Source: an uncultured Holophagales bacterium
GTDB taxonomy: Bacteria; Acidobacteriota; Thermoanaerobaculia; Multivoradales; UBA5704
Reading direction: 5' to 3'
Assembly (NCBI GenBank): GCA_963842525.1
Contig: CAWJGT010000025.1
Span: forward strand, 32,001 to 96,000
DNA length: 64,000 nucleotides
This document shows positions 7,987-21,751 of the stretch, in pieces. The notes under the pieces were generated by a model, which saw only the letters and a program-made list of their open reading frames with translations, was not told the DNA's origin and did no database searches. The position numbers and the translations under genes were made by a program. Position 1 is the stretch's first letter. Each line of letters opens with the position of its first letter.

Positions 7987-10266
7987 CTACCGCCGCTTGA
8001 CCTTCTGGGGCCTGTCCGGCGTGCCGAACCAGCCTTCGTGGCCGGAGATGTCGGTGGCCACGACGTAGAAGTCGACGGTGCCGTTCCGGTGGTAGGAGGA
8101 CGGGATCTCGACGTCGTAGCCGAAGGTGGACTTCTCGAGCGGCATCTCCCGCATCTTGCCCCCTTCCGGCCTTGCCATCATCTTGATGCTGCGGATCATG
8201 TAGTCGTCCTTGACCCGGAAGCTCAGCTCGACGACCCTGCTCTGGTCGTAGTCGAGGTAAAAGCCTTCGCGGAGCGAGACTTGCGGAGGGGCCTTGTCGA
8301 GCTGCGCGAGCTGGGTCTCGAATTTCTTCCGGACCTCGGCGAACTGGGCTGCGAGGTGCGGCGTCGGCTCGACGCCCTCCAGCCGCTCCAGGGCTTCGTG
8401 CGGCTTGCGGCGGCGCTCGGCCGCCGGTAGCAGGCTCAGCAGGGACGCCTGTTCGAGCTCGGCCTTCTGGTAGCGCTCGTAGTTGGCGACCCGCTCCCGC
8501 AGGCCTTCGCGGTCGGGCCAGGTGCGGCGCAACGGCTCGAGGCGGGCAAAGGCATCCGCATAGCGCCCTTCCCGGACCAGGGCCTCGACCTCGTTCTCCA
8601 GGACGGTTGCGGCGCCGCTCCGCAGGCCCAGCGGATCGCTCGCCTTGGGGAGCTTGGCGGTCAGCGCGGCGAAATGCTCGAGCACCCCGACCGGGGCCTT
8701 GCTCTCCGCGGCGGCCTCGGCCTGGGCATAGAGATCCGCGGCCTCCCGTGCCCGCACGAGGTCGGCGCGGACGGGCTCGGGGAGCGAGGCCTCCTGGCCG
8801 GTCGCGGCGGCCACGACGAAGCGGAGCCGGCCGAGGTCGCCGGTCTTCAGCCCCTTCACCAGGTCCTCCGGCAGCCGCTCGAGAGCCGCGAGCGCGAGCG
8901 TCTCCTGCAGGCTCTGGAGCGCCCGGCAGCCATCGGGGGAGAGGCTGGCCTGGTCGGCGGAATTCAGGGTCCGGAGCACTTCGAAGGCGTGCTCATCCTT
9001 CCCGTCGGCGAGCGCGAGCTGCGCCTCGGCGAGGACCTCGGCCGCGGGGCGGCGCGGCGGCAGCGGACGCGGTGCGGGAGCCTTCGCGACCGGCGGCGGG
9101 GGCGGAGGCTCTTTCCGGCCGAGCCACCAGACGCCGGCCAGGATGATGACCGCGAGGAGCGCCGCACCGGCACCGGCCAGAAGGGCGAGCCGCTTCTGCG
9201 CCGGCGTTGCCGCGGGCCGGTCCTTCTTCCGCTGGAAGGGCACCACCTTCTGGGACGTTGGTGGAGTCGCTGCACGCGGCGGCGGAGCGGGAGAGGTCAG
9301 GAGGTCGTCGTCGAGCGAGGAGAGCAGCTCTCCCAGGTCCGACGGCTCCGGCTCGCTGACAGGCGCGGCTGGCGCCGGGTTCCGAACGGGCGCTGTTGGC
9401 GATGGCGGTGGAGGCGGGACGACGACCAGGCGGGGCGTGGCGGCAACGGGCGACGGAGCTGGAGGCTCGGCGGCGGCCGGCGCCGGGATGCTGCCGCCGA
9501 GCGCCAGCCTTAGGGCGTCCCGGACCTCCTGGTGCGACGGACGCTCGCCCGGATTGCGCCGCAGGCAACGCTCCAGGATTTCGTCGAGGGCGTCGATGCG
9601 CTCCAGCTCGAGGGTGAGCGCGAAGGGCATCTGCACCTCCGGCGGCTCTCCAGGCTGCACAGTGGCGCCCAGCAGGTGACAGGCGACGGCGGCGAAGGAG
9701 TAGAGGTCGGCCCGCCAGTCCGCGCTCTCGCCGGGAGCAGCGATCTCCGGAGCGCGGAAGCGGACGGTCTCGGCCGGCGCGGGCCCGGGCTGCCGGAACA
9801 GGGCGCTGGCCAGGCCGAGGATCTTGGCCTGCTCCCCCTGCGGCCCGCTCACCACGAAGATGTTGTCGGGCGTCAGGTTGTGGTGGGCGAGCCCCCGGCG
9901 GGCCAGGACCTCCAGCCCATCCACGACCTGGAGCAGCAGCGCGAGGAGGCGCTGGGGCGAGCCGTCCAGGGTGTCGAGGGTCCGCCCTTCCAGAAGCTCC
10001 ATCACCAGGAAGGCGCTCCCTTCGGTATCGAGCCCGGAGTCGATCACCAGGGGGAAGCTCGGATGGCGGAGCCCCTCCAGGGCCGCGCCTAGGCTCTCGA
10101 GCTGCGGAGCCTTCTGGGCCAGGGCCGCGGGGGCAGCGACCGTGATCAGCTTGATCGCGACGTCCTGGCCCGACCGCGAGTCGACCGCCCGCAGGACGGT
10201 CCCTGTCCGGGCCGACCGGAGGATCTTGTCCAGACGGTAGCGTTCGGTGAGCTCGCGGAAATGCAT
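7987..10266 (-). CDS. Membrane-anchored Ser/Thr kinase-like protein (probable pseudokinase) with extracytoplasmic helical and Ig-like domains
   Basis: VAIKLI, FLVMELLEG, APE and DLYSF are present, but HHNLTPDN and ILGLA replace HRD and DFG; Pro-rich linker; one TM helix. Confidence 0.8.
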   Translation of the reverse strand: MHFRELTERYRLDKILRSARTGTVLRAVDSRSGQDVAIKLITVAAPAALAQKAPQLESLGAALEGLRHPSFPLVIDSGLDTEGSAFLVMELLEGRTLDTLDGSPQRLLALLLQVVDGLEVLARRGLAHHNLTPDNIFVVSGPQGEQAKILGLASALFRQPGPAPAETVRFRAPEIAAPGESADWRADLYSFAAVACHLLGATVQPGEPPEVQMPFALTLELERIDALDEILERCLRRNPGERPSHQEVRDALRLALGGSIPAPAAAEPPAPSPVAATPRLVVVPPPPPSPTAPVRNPAPAAPVSEPEPSDLGELLSSLDDDLLTSPAPPPRAATPPTSQKVVPFQRKKDRPAATPAQKRLALLAGAGAALLAVIILAGVWWLGRKEPPPPPPVAKAPAPRPLPPRRPAAEVLAEAQLALADGKDEHAFEVLRTLNSADQASLSPDGCRALQSLQETLALAALERLPEDLVKGLKTGDLGRLRFVVAAATGQEASLPEPVRADLVRAREAADLYAQAEAAAESKAPVGVLEHFAALTAKLPKASDPLGLRSGAATVLENEVEALVREGRYADAFARLEPLRRTWPDREGLRERVANYERYQKAELEQASLLSLLPAAERRRKPHEALERLEGVEPTPHLAAQFAEVRKKFETQLAQLDKAPPQVSLREGFYLDYDQSRVVELSFRVKDDYMIRSIKMMARPEGGKMREMPLEKSTFGYDVEIPSSYHRNGTVDFYVVATDISGHEGWFGTPDRPQKVKRR

Positions 10267-10342
10267 GATCGCGATCCTCCCTCCTCGGAGACCATGAAAC
10301 CCGGCACTTCGACTTTCAGGCCACGTTAGTATAGACGAGGCG

Positions 10343-11770
10343 CTATAGCGAGTCCTTAATTCGGCGGTGGAAGACGACAACCGGCTTGCTGTGCCCCCAC
10401 CGGTATTCGCCAGAGGCCCTGTATCCGTGCTGCTCGAGAACCGCGGCGATGCGTGGGTCTCGCCGGAAGTCCTCCTCGTACAGAGCGATGACCGCACACT
10501 GTGCCAGATCACGAAGGAGCGCCTCCGCCGACAGCGGGTATGGCAGGTCGTGGAGGCCGGCGTCGCGCCCGAGATGGAGGCTCCCGCCGTAGGCCCAGGC
10601 TTGCGAAAGGCAGATCGCTGGTCGTGGTGAGGACGCCGCGAGATGCCGCGCCGCGACCACGGCGGCCATGGATTTTTTGCCGAGGAACGCCACGCCGCTG
10701 AGCCCGATCAGGAAGGATAGGGCGACGAGCACGGCCACGAGACGCCGCCGGCCGACCGTCCCGATCGTCCAGTACGACCACGCCCCTGCGGCCGCAAGGA
10801 TGATGAGGAAAGGGATGATGCCCTGGAGATAGCGGAGCTGTTTGTGGTGGATCGCCGAGAGGGCGAGGAGCGGCAAGAGCACGAAGAGTGCCCGCGTGAG
10901 CGAGCCCGGCACCGTCCGCGCCCTCCAGAGGAAGGGCAGGAGCGTCAGAGGGAGCCATTTCGGCAGCCGCCACAGGAACCAGAACCACGGCTGCACCGGC
11001 TCGAGCGCCGACGCCTGGCGCTCGACCAGGGTGTAGCGAGCGAACGCGAGAAGGCTCGCAAACGGCCTGCCCCAGGTGAGCCAGTCTTCAAGCCCGACGG
11101 TGAGCAGGCTGCCTGCCGCGAAGCCACCGAGGAGCGCCGCGCTGCAACGCACCCGGTCTCTTAAGGGCTCCTCCCGCAGCCAGAGCGATGCAAGCAGTGG
11201 CAGGAGGAAGACAGCTTCGCTGTAGCGAAACGCCCAGGCGAGCGCGATCAGGCCACCCGCCAGCGCCGCCCGCCAGGCTCCTGCGCTCTTCCTGCCGAGG
11301 AGCAGGGCGGCGAGAAGGACGCATGTCGTCGAGGCCGTGCGCGGGTAGACCATGCTGCCATAGCCCAGGGGCAGCCAGTGAAAGGCATAGAGAAAAGCGG
11401 CGAGGAGCGCCGGCTCGACACCGGTGAGCCACTGGCGCGTCAGGAGGCAGACGAGCCAGATGTTGCAGGACGCGAGGAGGACGAAGGGGACGCTCGCCAG
11501 CCACGCCAGGGTCTGTGTCGAGCCCACGCCGAATGCCGAGGCGAGCGCGAGCGCTGGAGCTGCGAGGAGATCCGAGACGAGCAGGTTGCGGATCTCGAAC
11601 GGCTGGTACGGCCAGCCGAGCGCACGCAGGAGCCCGGCCTGGAGGATCTCGACGTCATCGCCGGTGTGGAACCCGAAGAAGACGAAACCCAGGCACAGGC
11701 GCACCACGGTCGCCGTGAGGACGATCGCGCCCAAGTAGATTCGAACGCGGGTCTCCGTCCGTGTACGCAT
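10343..11770 (-). CDS. GT-C fold glycosyltransferase (Alg9/GT22-like)
   Basis: Multi-TM; GDDVE in loop 1; HHKQLRYL motif. Confidence 0.7.
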   Translation of the reverse strand: MRTRTETRVRIYLGAIVLTATVVRLCLGFVFFGFHTGDDVEILQAGLLRALGWPYQPFEIRNLLVSDLLAAPALALASAFGVGSTQTLAWLASVPFVLLASCNIWLVCLLTRQWLTGVEPALLAAFLYAFHWLPLGYGSMVYPRTASTTCVLLAALLLGRKSAGAWRAALAGGLIALAWAFRYSEAVFLLPLLASLWLREEPLRDRVRCSAALLGGFAAGSLLTVGLEDWLTWGRPFASLLAFARYTLVERQASALEPVQPWFWFLWRLPKWLPLTLLPFLWRARTVPGSLTRALFVLLPLLALSAIHHKQLRYLQGIIPFLIILAAAGAWSYWTIGTVGRRRLVAVLVALSFLIGLSGVAFLGKKSMAAVVAARHLAASSPRPAICLSQAWAYGGSLHLGRDAGLHDLPYPLSAEALLRDLAQCAVIALYEEDFRRDPRIAAVLEQHGYRASGEYRWGHSKPVVVFHRRIKDSL

Positions 11771-11888
11771 CAAAAAAAGTGACGGCCAAGCGGCACTCTG
11801 AGCCAGGGTTCCAGGTTATTATAGATGCGTCGCTATACAGCAGGAATAAACCGGGCCCCGTTCGAATTCCCAGCAGAGAGCCCGAGCC

Positions 11889-14057
11889 ATGTGTTGTATA
11901 CCAAAACGCGCCCTGCCAGCCCTCCTCGCCCTTGTCTTCGCTGTGGCCCTGGCGCCGCGTCCGGCCGCCGCTGTCGAAGCTTCGCCGTTCGGCGTCAACA
12001 TCCATACGCCCACGGGAGAGGAGCTGGTGTTCCTGCTCGACCGGCTGCAGGAGGCCGGCATCGGCTGGGTGCGGATCGACTTCCTCTGGACCTGGATCCA
12101 GCCGGCGCCGAACGTCTGGGACTGGACGGTCTACGACGCCCTCGTCGCCGCCGCCCAAGTGCGAGGGATCGAGATCTATGCCTCGATCGGCGAGACGCCG
12201 GACTGGGCCACCTCCGGTGTTCCGCGCTTCGGCGTGCCGGACGATCCGGCCGTGTGGGCCGACTTCTGCGGGCGCGCGGCCAGCCGCTACCGCGGCAAGA
12301 TCCGCTACTGGGGGCTGTGGAACGAGCCCAACCTGCCCAAGTTCTGGACGGGGAGCCGCCAGCAGTACATCGACGTCATCCTCAAGAGGGGCGCCGATGC
12401 CATTCACGCCGCCGACCCGGCCGCCCAGGTCGGGGGGCCTGACCTGGCCCACCTGACCGCGGGGAACGCCGACTGGTACGACTGGCTGCGGGACGTGATC
12501 CGCCAGGCCGGCGGCCGGCTCGACTTCGTGACCCATCACGTCTACGACGAAAGCGGTCCGGCCGACGTCACCGACCGCCTCGACGGCTCCACCGTGTTCG
12601 GCAACAGGCCCGATTTCTGGGATGTGGTCAACCCCTCGCTGCGGGAGGTCCTGAAGGAAGCCGGCTGGTCCGGGAGGCCGGTCTGGCTCACCGAGACCGG
12701 CTGGGAGTCGGCCCGGGTGGGCGAGGGCTCCCAGGCCAGCCATGTCCACGGGCTCCTCGACGCGTGGTTTACCGGCCGGCCGAACCGGGGCTGGATCAAC
12801 AAGATCTTCTTCTACGAGCTCAAGGACGGCACGACGCCGGACAGCCCGAGCTGGGGCCTCCTGCGGCCGGACCGCTCCGCCAAGCCGGCTTTCGACGCCT
12901 ACAGCGACTTCATCGCGGACAACCAGCCGCAGGGCGTGGACGACGCCGTGCTGGTCAGCTCCACCTTCCCCGACACCGTGGAGACGGGCCAGACCCTGAA
13001 CGTCCTCCTGACCTTCGAGAACACCGGCACCACGACCTGGACCGCGGCGTCCGGCTACAAGCTCGGCGCGGTCGATGACGTGGATGCGTTCGCCGAAGCG
13101 CGGCAGGCCCTCGCCGCGGGCGATGCGATCGCCCCCGACCAGCGGAAGACCTTCTCCTTCCCGATCACCGCGCCCGCGCTGCCCGGCACCTACACCATCC
13201 GCTGGCGCATGCTGCGCGAGGGGGCCGACCGCTTCGGCGCCGTCTACCAGAAGCAGGTGGTCGTCACCTTTGCGCCGCCGCAGCAGGAGCGCGCCCTGGC
13301 GCTCCTCGGCGGGCGCTTCGACGTCGAGGTGAGCTGGCGCGATCCCGGCAGCGGCCGGGCGGGCTTCGGCCGCGCGGTGCCCGATACCGACCGGAGCGGC
13401 TTTTTCTGGTTCTTCGGCGCGAACAACCTTGAGCTTGTCGTCAAGGTGCTCGACGGCCGGTCCTTCAACCAGCACTACTGGGTGTTCTACGGCGCTCTCT
13501 CCAACGTGGAGTACTGGATCAAGGTGACCGACCTGCGGACGGGCGCCGTGAAGGAGTACCACAATCCGCCGGGGAGCTTCTGCGGCCGGGGCGACACCGC
13601 GGCCTTCCGGGAGACGGCGGCGGCTACGGCCTCGGACGAAAGGACAGCAACGACAACATCCTCGTCCTTGGAGTCCCTGGACTTCTTGCCGTCCCTGCCT
13701 CCGGTCCTGGGGGCGGCTGAAACCTGTGCCCCCGACGCCCAGACCCTCTGCCTCCTCGGCTCCCGCTTCCGGGTCTCGGTCGAGTGGCAGGACCATCAGG
13801 GGAACGCCGGCAATGGGTTCGCGGTGCCGCGGAGCGATGCGAGCGGCACCTTCTGGTTCTTCGGCGCGGAGAACACCGAGCTGGTCGTCAAGGTCCTCGA
13901 CGGCCGGGTGCTCAACAACAAGTTCTGGTTCTTCTACGGGGCCCTGTCGGACGTCCAGTACACGATCACCGTGCGCGACCTGGAGACGGGCGTCCGCAAG
14001 CGCTATCGCAACCAGGCGGGAAACCTCTGCGGGAAGGCCGACACGGCTGCATTCTGA
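11889..14057 (+). CDS. Secreted GH-A clan glycoside hydrolase plus Ig-like domain plus two tandem C-terminal repeat domains
   Basis: Signal peptide; WNEPN acid/base, LTETGW nucleophile; FENTGTTTW Ig-like domain; two copies of FWFF...VKVLDG...YGALS..EY/QY...DTAAF. Confidence 0.8.
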   Translation: MCCIPKRALPALLALVFAVALAPRPAAAVEASPFGVNIHTPTGEELVFLLDRLQEAGIGWVRIDFLWTWIQPAPNVWDWTVYDALVAAAQVRGIEIYASIGETPDWATSGVPRFGVPDDPAVWADFCGRAASRYRGKIRYWGLWNEPNLPKFWTGSRQQYIDVILKRGADAIHAADPAAQVGGPDLAHLTAGNADWYDWLRDVIRQAGGRLDFVTHHVYDESGPADVTDRLDGSTVFGNRPDFWDVVNPSLREVLKEAGWSGRPVWLTETGWESARVGEGSQASHVHGLLDAWFTGRPNRGWINKIFFYELKDGTTPDSPSWGLLRPDRSAKPAFDAYSDFIADNQPQGVDDAVLVSSTFPDTVETGQTLNVLLTFENTGTTTWTAASGYKLGAVDDVDAFAEARQALAAGDAIAPDQRKTFSFPITAPALPGTYTIRWRMLREGADRFGAVYQKQVVVTFAPPQQERALALLGGRFDVEVSWRDPGSGRAGFGRAVPDTDRSGFFWFFGANNLELVVKVLDGRSFNQHYWVFYGALSNVEYWIKVTDLRTGAVKEYHNPPGSFCGRGDTAAFRETAAATASDERTATTTSSSLESLDFLPSLPPVLGAAETCAPDAQTLCLLGSRFRVSVEWQDHQGNAGNGFAVPRSDASGTFWFFGAENTELVVKVLDGRVLNNKFWFFYGALSDVQYTITVRDLETGVRKRYRNQAGNLCGKADTAAF

Positions 14058-14210
14058 CCCGCCGCCAACTTGTGATACTTTTCACAGGTTTCCGACGGGT
14101 GTCGGAGGTTTTTCCCTAATTCTGTGTCAGCGCGGGTGCCTCGACACGGCCCGGGAGGGGTCGCGGGTCTGCGCGTGAAACTGCGTCTTCTTCGGATTCG
14201 GAGGCTATTT

Positions 14211-16823
<2,613 letters not shown>

Positions 16824-18570
16824 TCGAAGGTCATGGGCGGGCCGTCGCCTTTCGGGTGGAGGGTCTCGCGGAAGTGGACCGGCTGCACGGCGGCCTGCAG
16901 CTCCTCGATCTCGGCGAGCTGGAGGTCGTGGGTGGAGACAACGCCGATCGCTCCGTGGTGGATCAGGTGGAGGAGGATCCGGCGCACCGCCACCTGGCGC
17001 TCCTCGCTGTTGGTACCGCGCAGCACTTCGTCGAGCAGGTAGAGGAGGATCCGCCCCTCGGCATGGCTGCGGTCGGCCGCCTCGACGATCTTCTTCACCC
17101 GCTGCAGCTCGGCCATGAAAAAGGAGATGCCGTCGACGAGCGAGTCCTCGATCAGGATGCTGGTCGCGAGATCGAGCGGCGGCAGGCGCAGGTCTTCGGC
17201 GCAGGCCGGGCCTCCCGCCTGGGCGAGGACGGTGTTGATCCCGATCGAGCGCAGGAGAGTGCTCTTGCCCGACATGTTGGAGCCGGTCACCAGCACGAAC
17301 GTCCCCGGCGGGCCGACCTCGATGTCGTTGGCCACCCGCCGGGCCTCCGGGATCAGCGGATGCCCCAGCCCGATTGCCGCGAAGCGGTCGCGGCCTCTGG
17401 CAACCTCCGGGAAGCACCAGCCCGGGTTGTCGTACCGCAGCCCGGCCAGGGCGCAGAAAGCCTCGAAGTCGCCCAGGGCAGCGAGCCACCGCCGCACGTG
17501 GGGGCCGGCCGCCCGTTGCCAACGCTCGAGCAGCCAGAGAGTGTGGAAGTCCCAGAGCAGCAGGTTCTGGAGGAAGAAGTGCAGGAGGGTCGAGTGGCGG
17601 GCGTCCGAGAGCACGACCCGCTTGTGGAGGAGTTTCATCCATTCGGCGGCGGTCTTCCCCTTGGGGGCCAGATCCACCGCGATCTGCCGGAGCAGCGGGG
17701 TCGTGAGCGGTTTTTCGGCGACCGCGGCCAGAGCCTCGGCGTAGAGCTGAAGCTCGTCCTCGCGCGCCTGGAGCCGGTCGAAGCTTTGGGTGAATCGCTC
17801 CTGGTAGCGGCTGCTCAGGAGGTAGTTGATGGCGAAGAGGAGGAGGAACGGCCTCGACTCTCCGTCGGCTCCGAGGAGGCTCGCGATCGCGAAGGGCAGC
17901 GCGGCCATCGTGAGGACCGGGAGGATCCGGGTGAGCCAGAGAAGCGCAGTGCGGCCGAGGAGCCAGGGCTGGTCCTCGGCCCAGCGCAGAAAAGGCTCGC
18001 AGTCGGGCGGGACTTTTTCCATGGGGCGGGCGCGGACCTCGAGCTGCTGCCGCAGGTCCAGCTCGGCGGCCAGCTCGGCCACGGCCTGCTGCCGGAGCGC
18101 GATCTCCTCCGGCGCGGCGAGCCCGAGCAGCCAGCTCGCCAGCCGCGTCTTGCCCGGCGGCGTGTGAGCCGTGCCGAGGAGGTGGAAGAGCGAAGCGCGG
18201 CCGAACAGGCTGAGGTCGCGCGCCAGCGGGCCGTCAACCCCCGGCCCGGTCACCTCCGGCAGCGGCACCCGGTCCCAGTCCCGCGCGATCCGGTGGAGAG
18301 CCTCGTCGTTGATCGCGACGAGATCGGCCGTCCGCCGCTGCTGCCGGAGGACCCGGTCGTGGACCGGCAGCACCAGGAGGAACGCGACCAGCAAGGCCGC
18401 TGCGCCGAGCCACCACCCGACCTCTCGCGCAGACGCCGTCACCAGGACCGCCATCAGGCAGGCGGCGAAGCCCAGGAACAGCCCGCCGCGAAGGAGGGAG
18501 AGCCGGAACGAGGTCCGCACCAGCCGGCGTTCCTCGACCGCGAAGGCGGCGCTGCGTTGCTCGTAGACGC

Positions 18571-20436
18571 TCATCCTCTGCTTGCGGCGAGCGGAAGCCC
18601 GACCAGCTCCATCAGCTTGAGCGCGTTGGTCGTCGTGGCGACGCCGGGGTGCATCTTGTAATCGAACGTCATGGGTGGACCGCCGCCTCCAGGATGCAGT
18701 GTCTCGCGGAAGTGGACGGGCTGCGAAGCGGCGCGCAGCTCCGGGATCTCGGCGATCCGCAGGTCGTGGGTCGACACCGCCCCGATCGCCCCCTGGCGGA
18801 GGAGGTGGAGGATCACCCGCCGCACCGCCGCCTGCCGCTCCTGACTGTTGGTGCCGCGCAGGATCTCGTCCAGGAGATAGAGAAGGGTTTTCCCCTCGGC
18901 CCGGCACCGGTCCGACCGCTCGACGATCCCCTTCACCCGCTGCAGCTCGGCCATGAAGAAGGAGACGCCGTCGACCAGCGAGTCCTCGATCAGGATGCCG
19001 GTGGCAAGCTCGGCCGGCGGCAGGCGCAGCTCCGCGGCACAGACCGGCCCACCGGCTTGAGCGAGGACCGCGTTGACTCCGATCGAGCGCAGCAGCGTGC
19101 TCTTGCCCGACATGTTGGAGCCGGTCACCAGCAGGAACGTCCCCGCGGGACCGACCTCGACGTCGTTGGCCACCCGCTGCGCTTCCGGGATCATGGGATG
19201 GCCGAGCGCCCACGCCGCGAACCGGTCCTCGCTCCCGGCCACGAGAGGGAAAGCCCATCCGGGGTTGTCGTACCGCAGCCCGGCCAGGGCGCAGAGCGCC
19301 TCGAAGTCACCCAGGGCCGCAAGCCACCGCCGGACGTGAGGGCCGGCTTCGCGCTGCCAGCGCTCCAGCAGCCAGAGCGCATGGAAATCCCACAGCACCA
19401 GGGCCTGGACGAGAATATGAAGGGAATTGCGGCGGGCGTCCGAAAGCACGACGCGGTCGTGCAGGAGGCGCATCCACTCGGGAGCGGTCTTCCCCTGTGG
19501 CGTCAAGGCCTCGGCGATGCGCCGCAGCCGTGGCGCCGTGGACGGCCGCTCCGCCACCACCTTCAGCGCTTCGGTATAGATCTGGAGCTCATCCTCGCGT
19601 GCCTGGACCCGGTTGAAGCTCGCTGTCAGCCGCTTCCCAAACCGGGCGGTCAGAAGAACGTTGATCACGACAGCGAGAGCGAACGGCCACCAGGGCCTCG
19701 TCGCAGGCGGCCCGATCGCGAGCCGGCCGATCCAAGAGGCAAGGGCCCCGGCCGTGAGAACCGGCAGGATGCGGGTGAGCCAGACCAAGCCGGTCCGAGG
19801 CAGAAGCCAGGGCTGGTCCTCGGCCCAGCTCAGGAACCGCTCGCAGTCGGGTGGGGTCTTCTCCATGGGACGGCCTCGGACCTGGAGCTGCTGCCGGAGG
19901 TCCAGATCCGATGCGAGCTCGGTGACGGCCTCCTGCCGAAGAGCGATCTCCTGCGGCGCGGCCGGCTCGAGCAGCCATTCCGCCAATCGCTCCTTGCCAG
20001 GTGGTGTATAGGCAGTGCCGAGGAGGTGAAAGAGCGAAGCCCGGCCGAACAAACCGAGATCGCGCGCCAGAGGACTCTCGATCCCGGGCCCGGTCACGGC
20101 AGGCAGCGGCACACGGTCCCACTCCCGCGCGATCCGATGGAGGGCCTCCTCATTGATGGCCGCGAGGTCCGCCGCCCGCCGCTGCTCCCGAATGATCCGG
20201 TCGTGGACCGGCAACACGAGCAGGAATGCGACGAGGAAGATTGCCGCGGCGATCCACCACCCGGGGGTTCTCGACGACGCTGTCACCAGGACCGCGATCA
20301 GGCACGCAGCGAAGCCCAGGAACAGCCCGCCGCGAAGGAGCGAGAACCGGAAGGATATGCCTGCCAGCCGGCGCTCCTCGGTCGCGAAGCCGGCTCGGCG
20401 CTCGGCGTATACGTGCGTACAGTCCACCCGCTCCAT
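18571..20436 (-). CDS. Membrane-anchored MutS domain V ATPase, paralogue 1
   Basis: Same motifs; stop overlaps the start of paralogue 2. Confidence 0.88.
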   Translation of the reverse strand: MERVDCTHVYAERRAGFATEERRLAGISFRFSLLRGGLFLGFAACLIAVLVTASSRTPGWWIAAAIFLVAFLLVLPVHDRIIREQRRAADLAAINEEALHRIAREWDRVPLPAVTGPGIESPLARDLGLFGRASLFHLLGTAYTPPGKERLAEWLLEPAAPQEIALRQEAVTELASDLDLRQQLQVRGRPMEKTPPDCERFLSWAEDQPWLLPRTGLVWLTRILPVLTAGALASWIGRLAIGPPATRPWWPFALAVVINVLLTARFGKRLTASFNRVQAREDELQIYTEALKVVAERPSTAPRLRRIAEALTPQGKTAPEWMRLLHDRVVLSDARRNSLHILVQALVLWDFHALWLLERWQREAGPHVRRWLAALGDFEALCALAGLRYDNPGWAFPLVAGSEDRFAAWALGHPMIPEAQRVANDVEVGPAGTFLLVTGSNMSGKSTLLRSIGVNAVLAQAGGPVCAAELRLPPAELATGILIEDSLVDGVSFFMAELQRVKGIVERSDRCRAEGKTLLYLLDEILRGTNSQERQAAVRRVILHLLRQGAIGAVSTHDLRIAEIPELRAASQPVHFRETLHPGGGGPPMTFDYKMHPGVATTTNALKLMELVGLPLAASRG

Positions 20437-20534
20437 GCCGCGCAGTATAGCGAGCGGCCAGAGGCCGGTCTTACCACGTCAAACTGCTCCACGAGCGGCT
20501 GAGAACGGCACAAGCAGACTATGATGCGCGCGGT

Positions 20535-20870
20535 ATGGGAAAGAAGAAGACTGAGGCGGTCGACGCGGGAAGCGGCAACGTGCTTGTTGATCTTGGCTTC
20601 GCGGACGCCGACGAACGGAAGCTGCGCGTGCAGCTCGCGATGCGGGTGAATGAGCTGATTGCCGCCCGCCGCCTGACACAGGCGCGTGTGGCACAGTTGT
20701 TCGTTATTCCGCAACCGCACGTCTCCGAGCTCAAGCACTACAAGCTGAGCCGGTTCTCCTCCGAGCGGCTGCTGCGTTTCGTCACCCTTCTTGATCGTGA
20801 CGTCGAGATCATCATCCGGCCGAAGGCCAAGGGGCACTCTTCAGGAGTTGTGTCCGTGTCGGTCACCTGA
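20535..20870 (+). CDS. XRE/HTH_37 regulator (HigA-like antitoxin, no adjacent toxin)
   Basis: GSGNVLVDLGFADADE, LTQARVAQLFVIPQPHVSEL. Confidence 0.8.
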   Translation: MGKKKTEAVDAGSGNVLVDLGFADADERKLRVQLAMRVNELIAARRLTQARVAQLFVIPQPHVSELKHYKLSRFSSERLLRFVTLLDRDVEIIIRPKAKGHSSGVVSVSVT

Positions 20871-20904
20871 TCCACGCAAGGGCCTCCTGGCGCTGCGAGG
20901 CACC

Positions 20905-21619
20905 TCAGTCTTCGACGCGCAAGCGGTACAGCCCCTGCCCGGCCGTCCCCGCGTAGAGGACGTCGGCGCCGCGCGGGTCGGCGGCGAGCTCGAGGACCAC
21001 GCCCCCGGGCAGGCCGTCGCTCATAGCCTCCCAGTGGTCGCCTGCGTCGTCGCTGCGGAACACCTGGCCGGTCCCTCCGGACTCCCCTTCGCGGAAGACC
21101 TCGAGCGCGACGTAGATCCGACCGGGACGGGACGGATCGACGAGGAGGTCATGGACGAGGGTCAAGAGGGCCGTGCGGGGGTTCTTGCGCCTCCAGGTCC
21201 GCCCGCCGTCGTCGCTGCGGAAGACGCCGTTGTAGCCGCCCGTGCCATAGAGGCGGTTCGGCTCCAGGGGATCGACCTCGATGTGCGAGATGTCCTTCGC
21301 CGCGTCATTTGCCGGCACGCGCGACCAGTGCACACCGCGGTCGGCGCTGCGATTACACGCCGAGGATGCGCACGCGCTTCCGGTCCGGTCCATAGGCCAC
21401 GAAATGCCAGCTCTCGCCGCTGTCGGTGCTCCGGAACAGGCCGGCCGTCGGGGTTGCCGCATAGAGAGTCGACGGCCGTCCTGGAGCCGCCGTCACCTCA
21501 ACATCGCCGCCATAGAGCGGCAAGGGCTCCCAACGAGCCGCGGCCCCGGCCGGCAGCGCAGGAATCGAGAGGAAGATCGCGAGCAGGGTCGGGAAGACAA
21601 AGCGCCGGTGTTGCGTCAT
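20905..21619 (-). pseudogene. Broken secreted BNR/Asp-box (beta-propeller) protein
   Basis: Signal peptide and SxDxGxxW repeats lie in two frames with a break near 21353; too short for a full propeller. Confidence 0.65.
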
Positions 21620-21751
21620 CGCCAGCTCCTCCTACGTGCAGCACCTTCTAGCATGCCACTACGAGCCTTCGGCCGGAAGCCCTCCAGCGCCGGAGGCGTC
21701 TCTGCGTTCCTGCTTTTCGGGCATGATGTACACTCTGAGAGAGGGTAAAGC

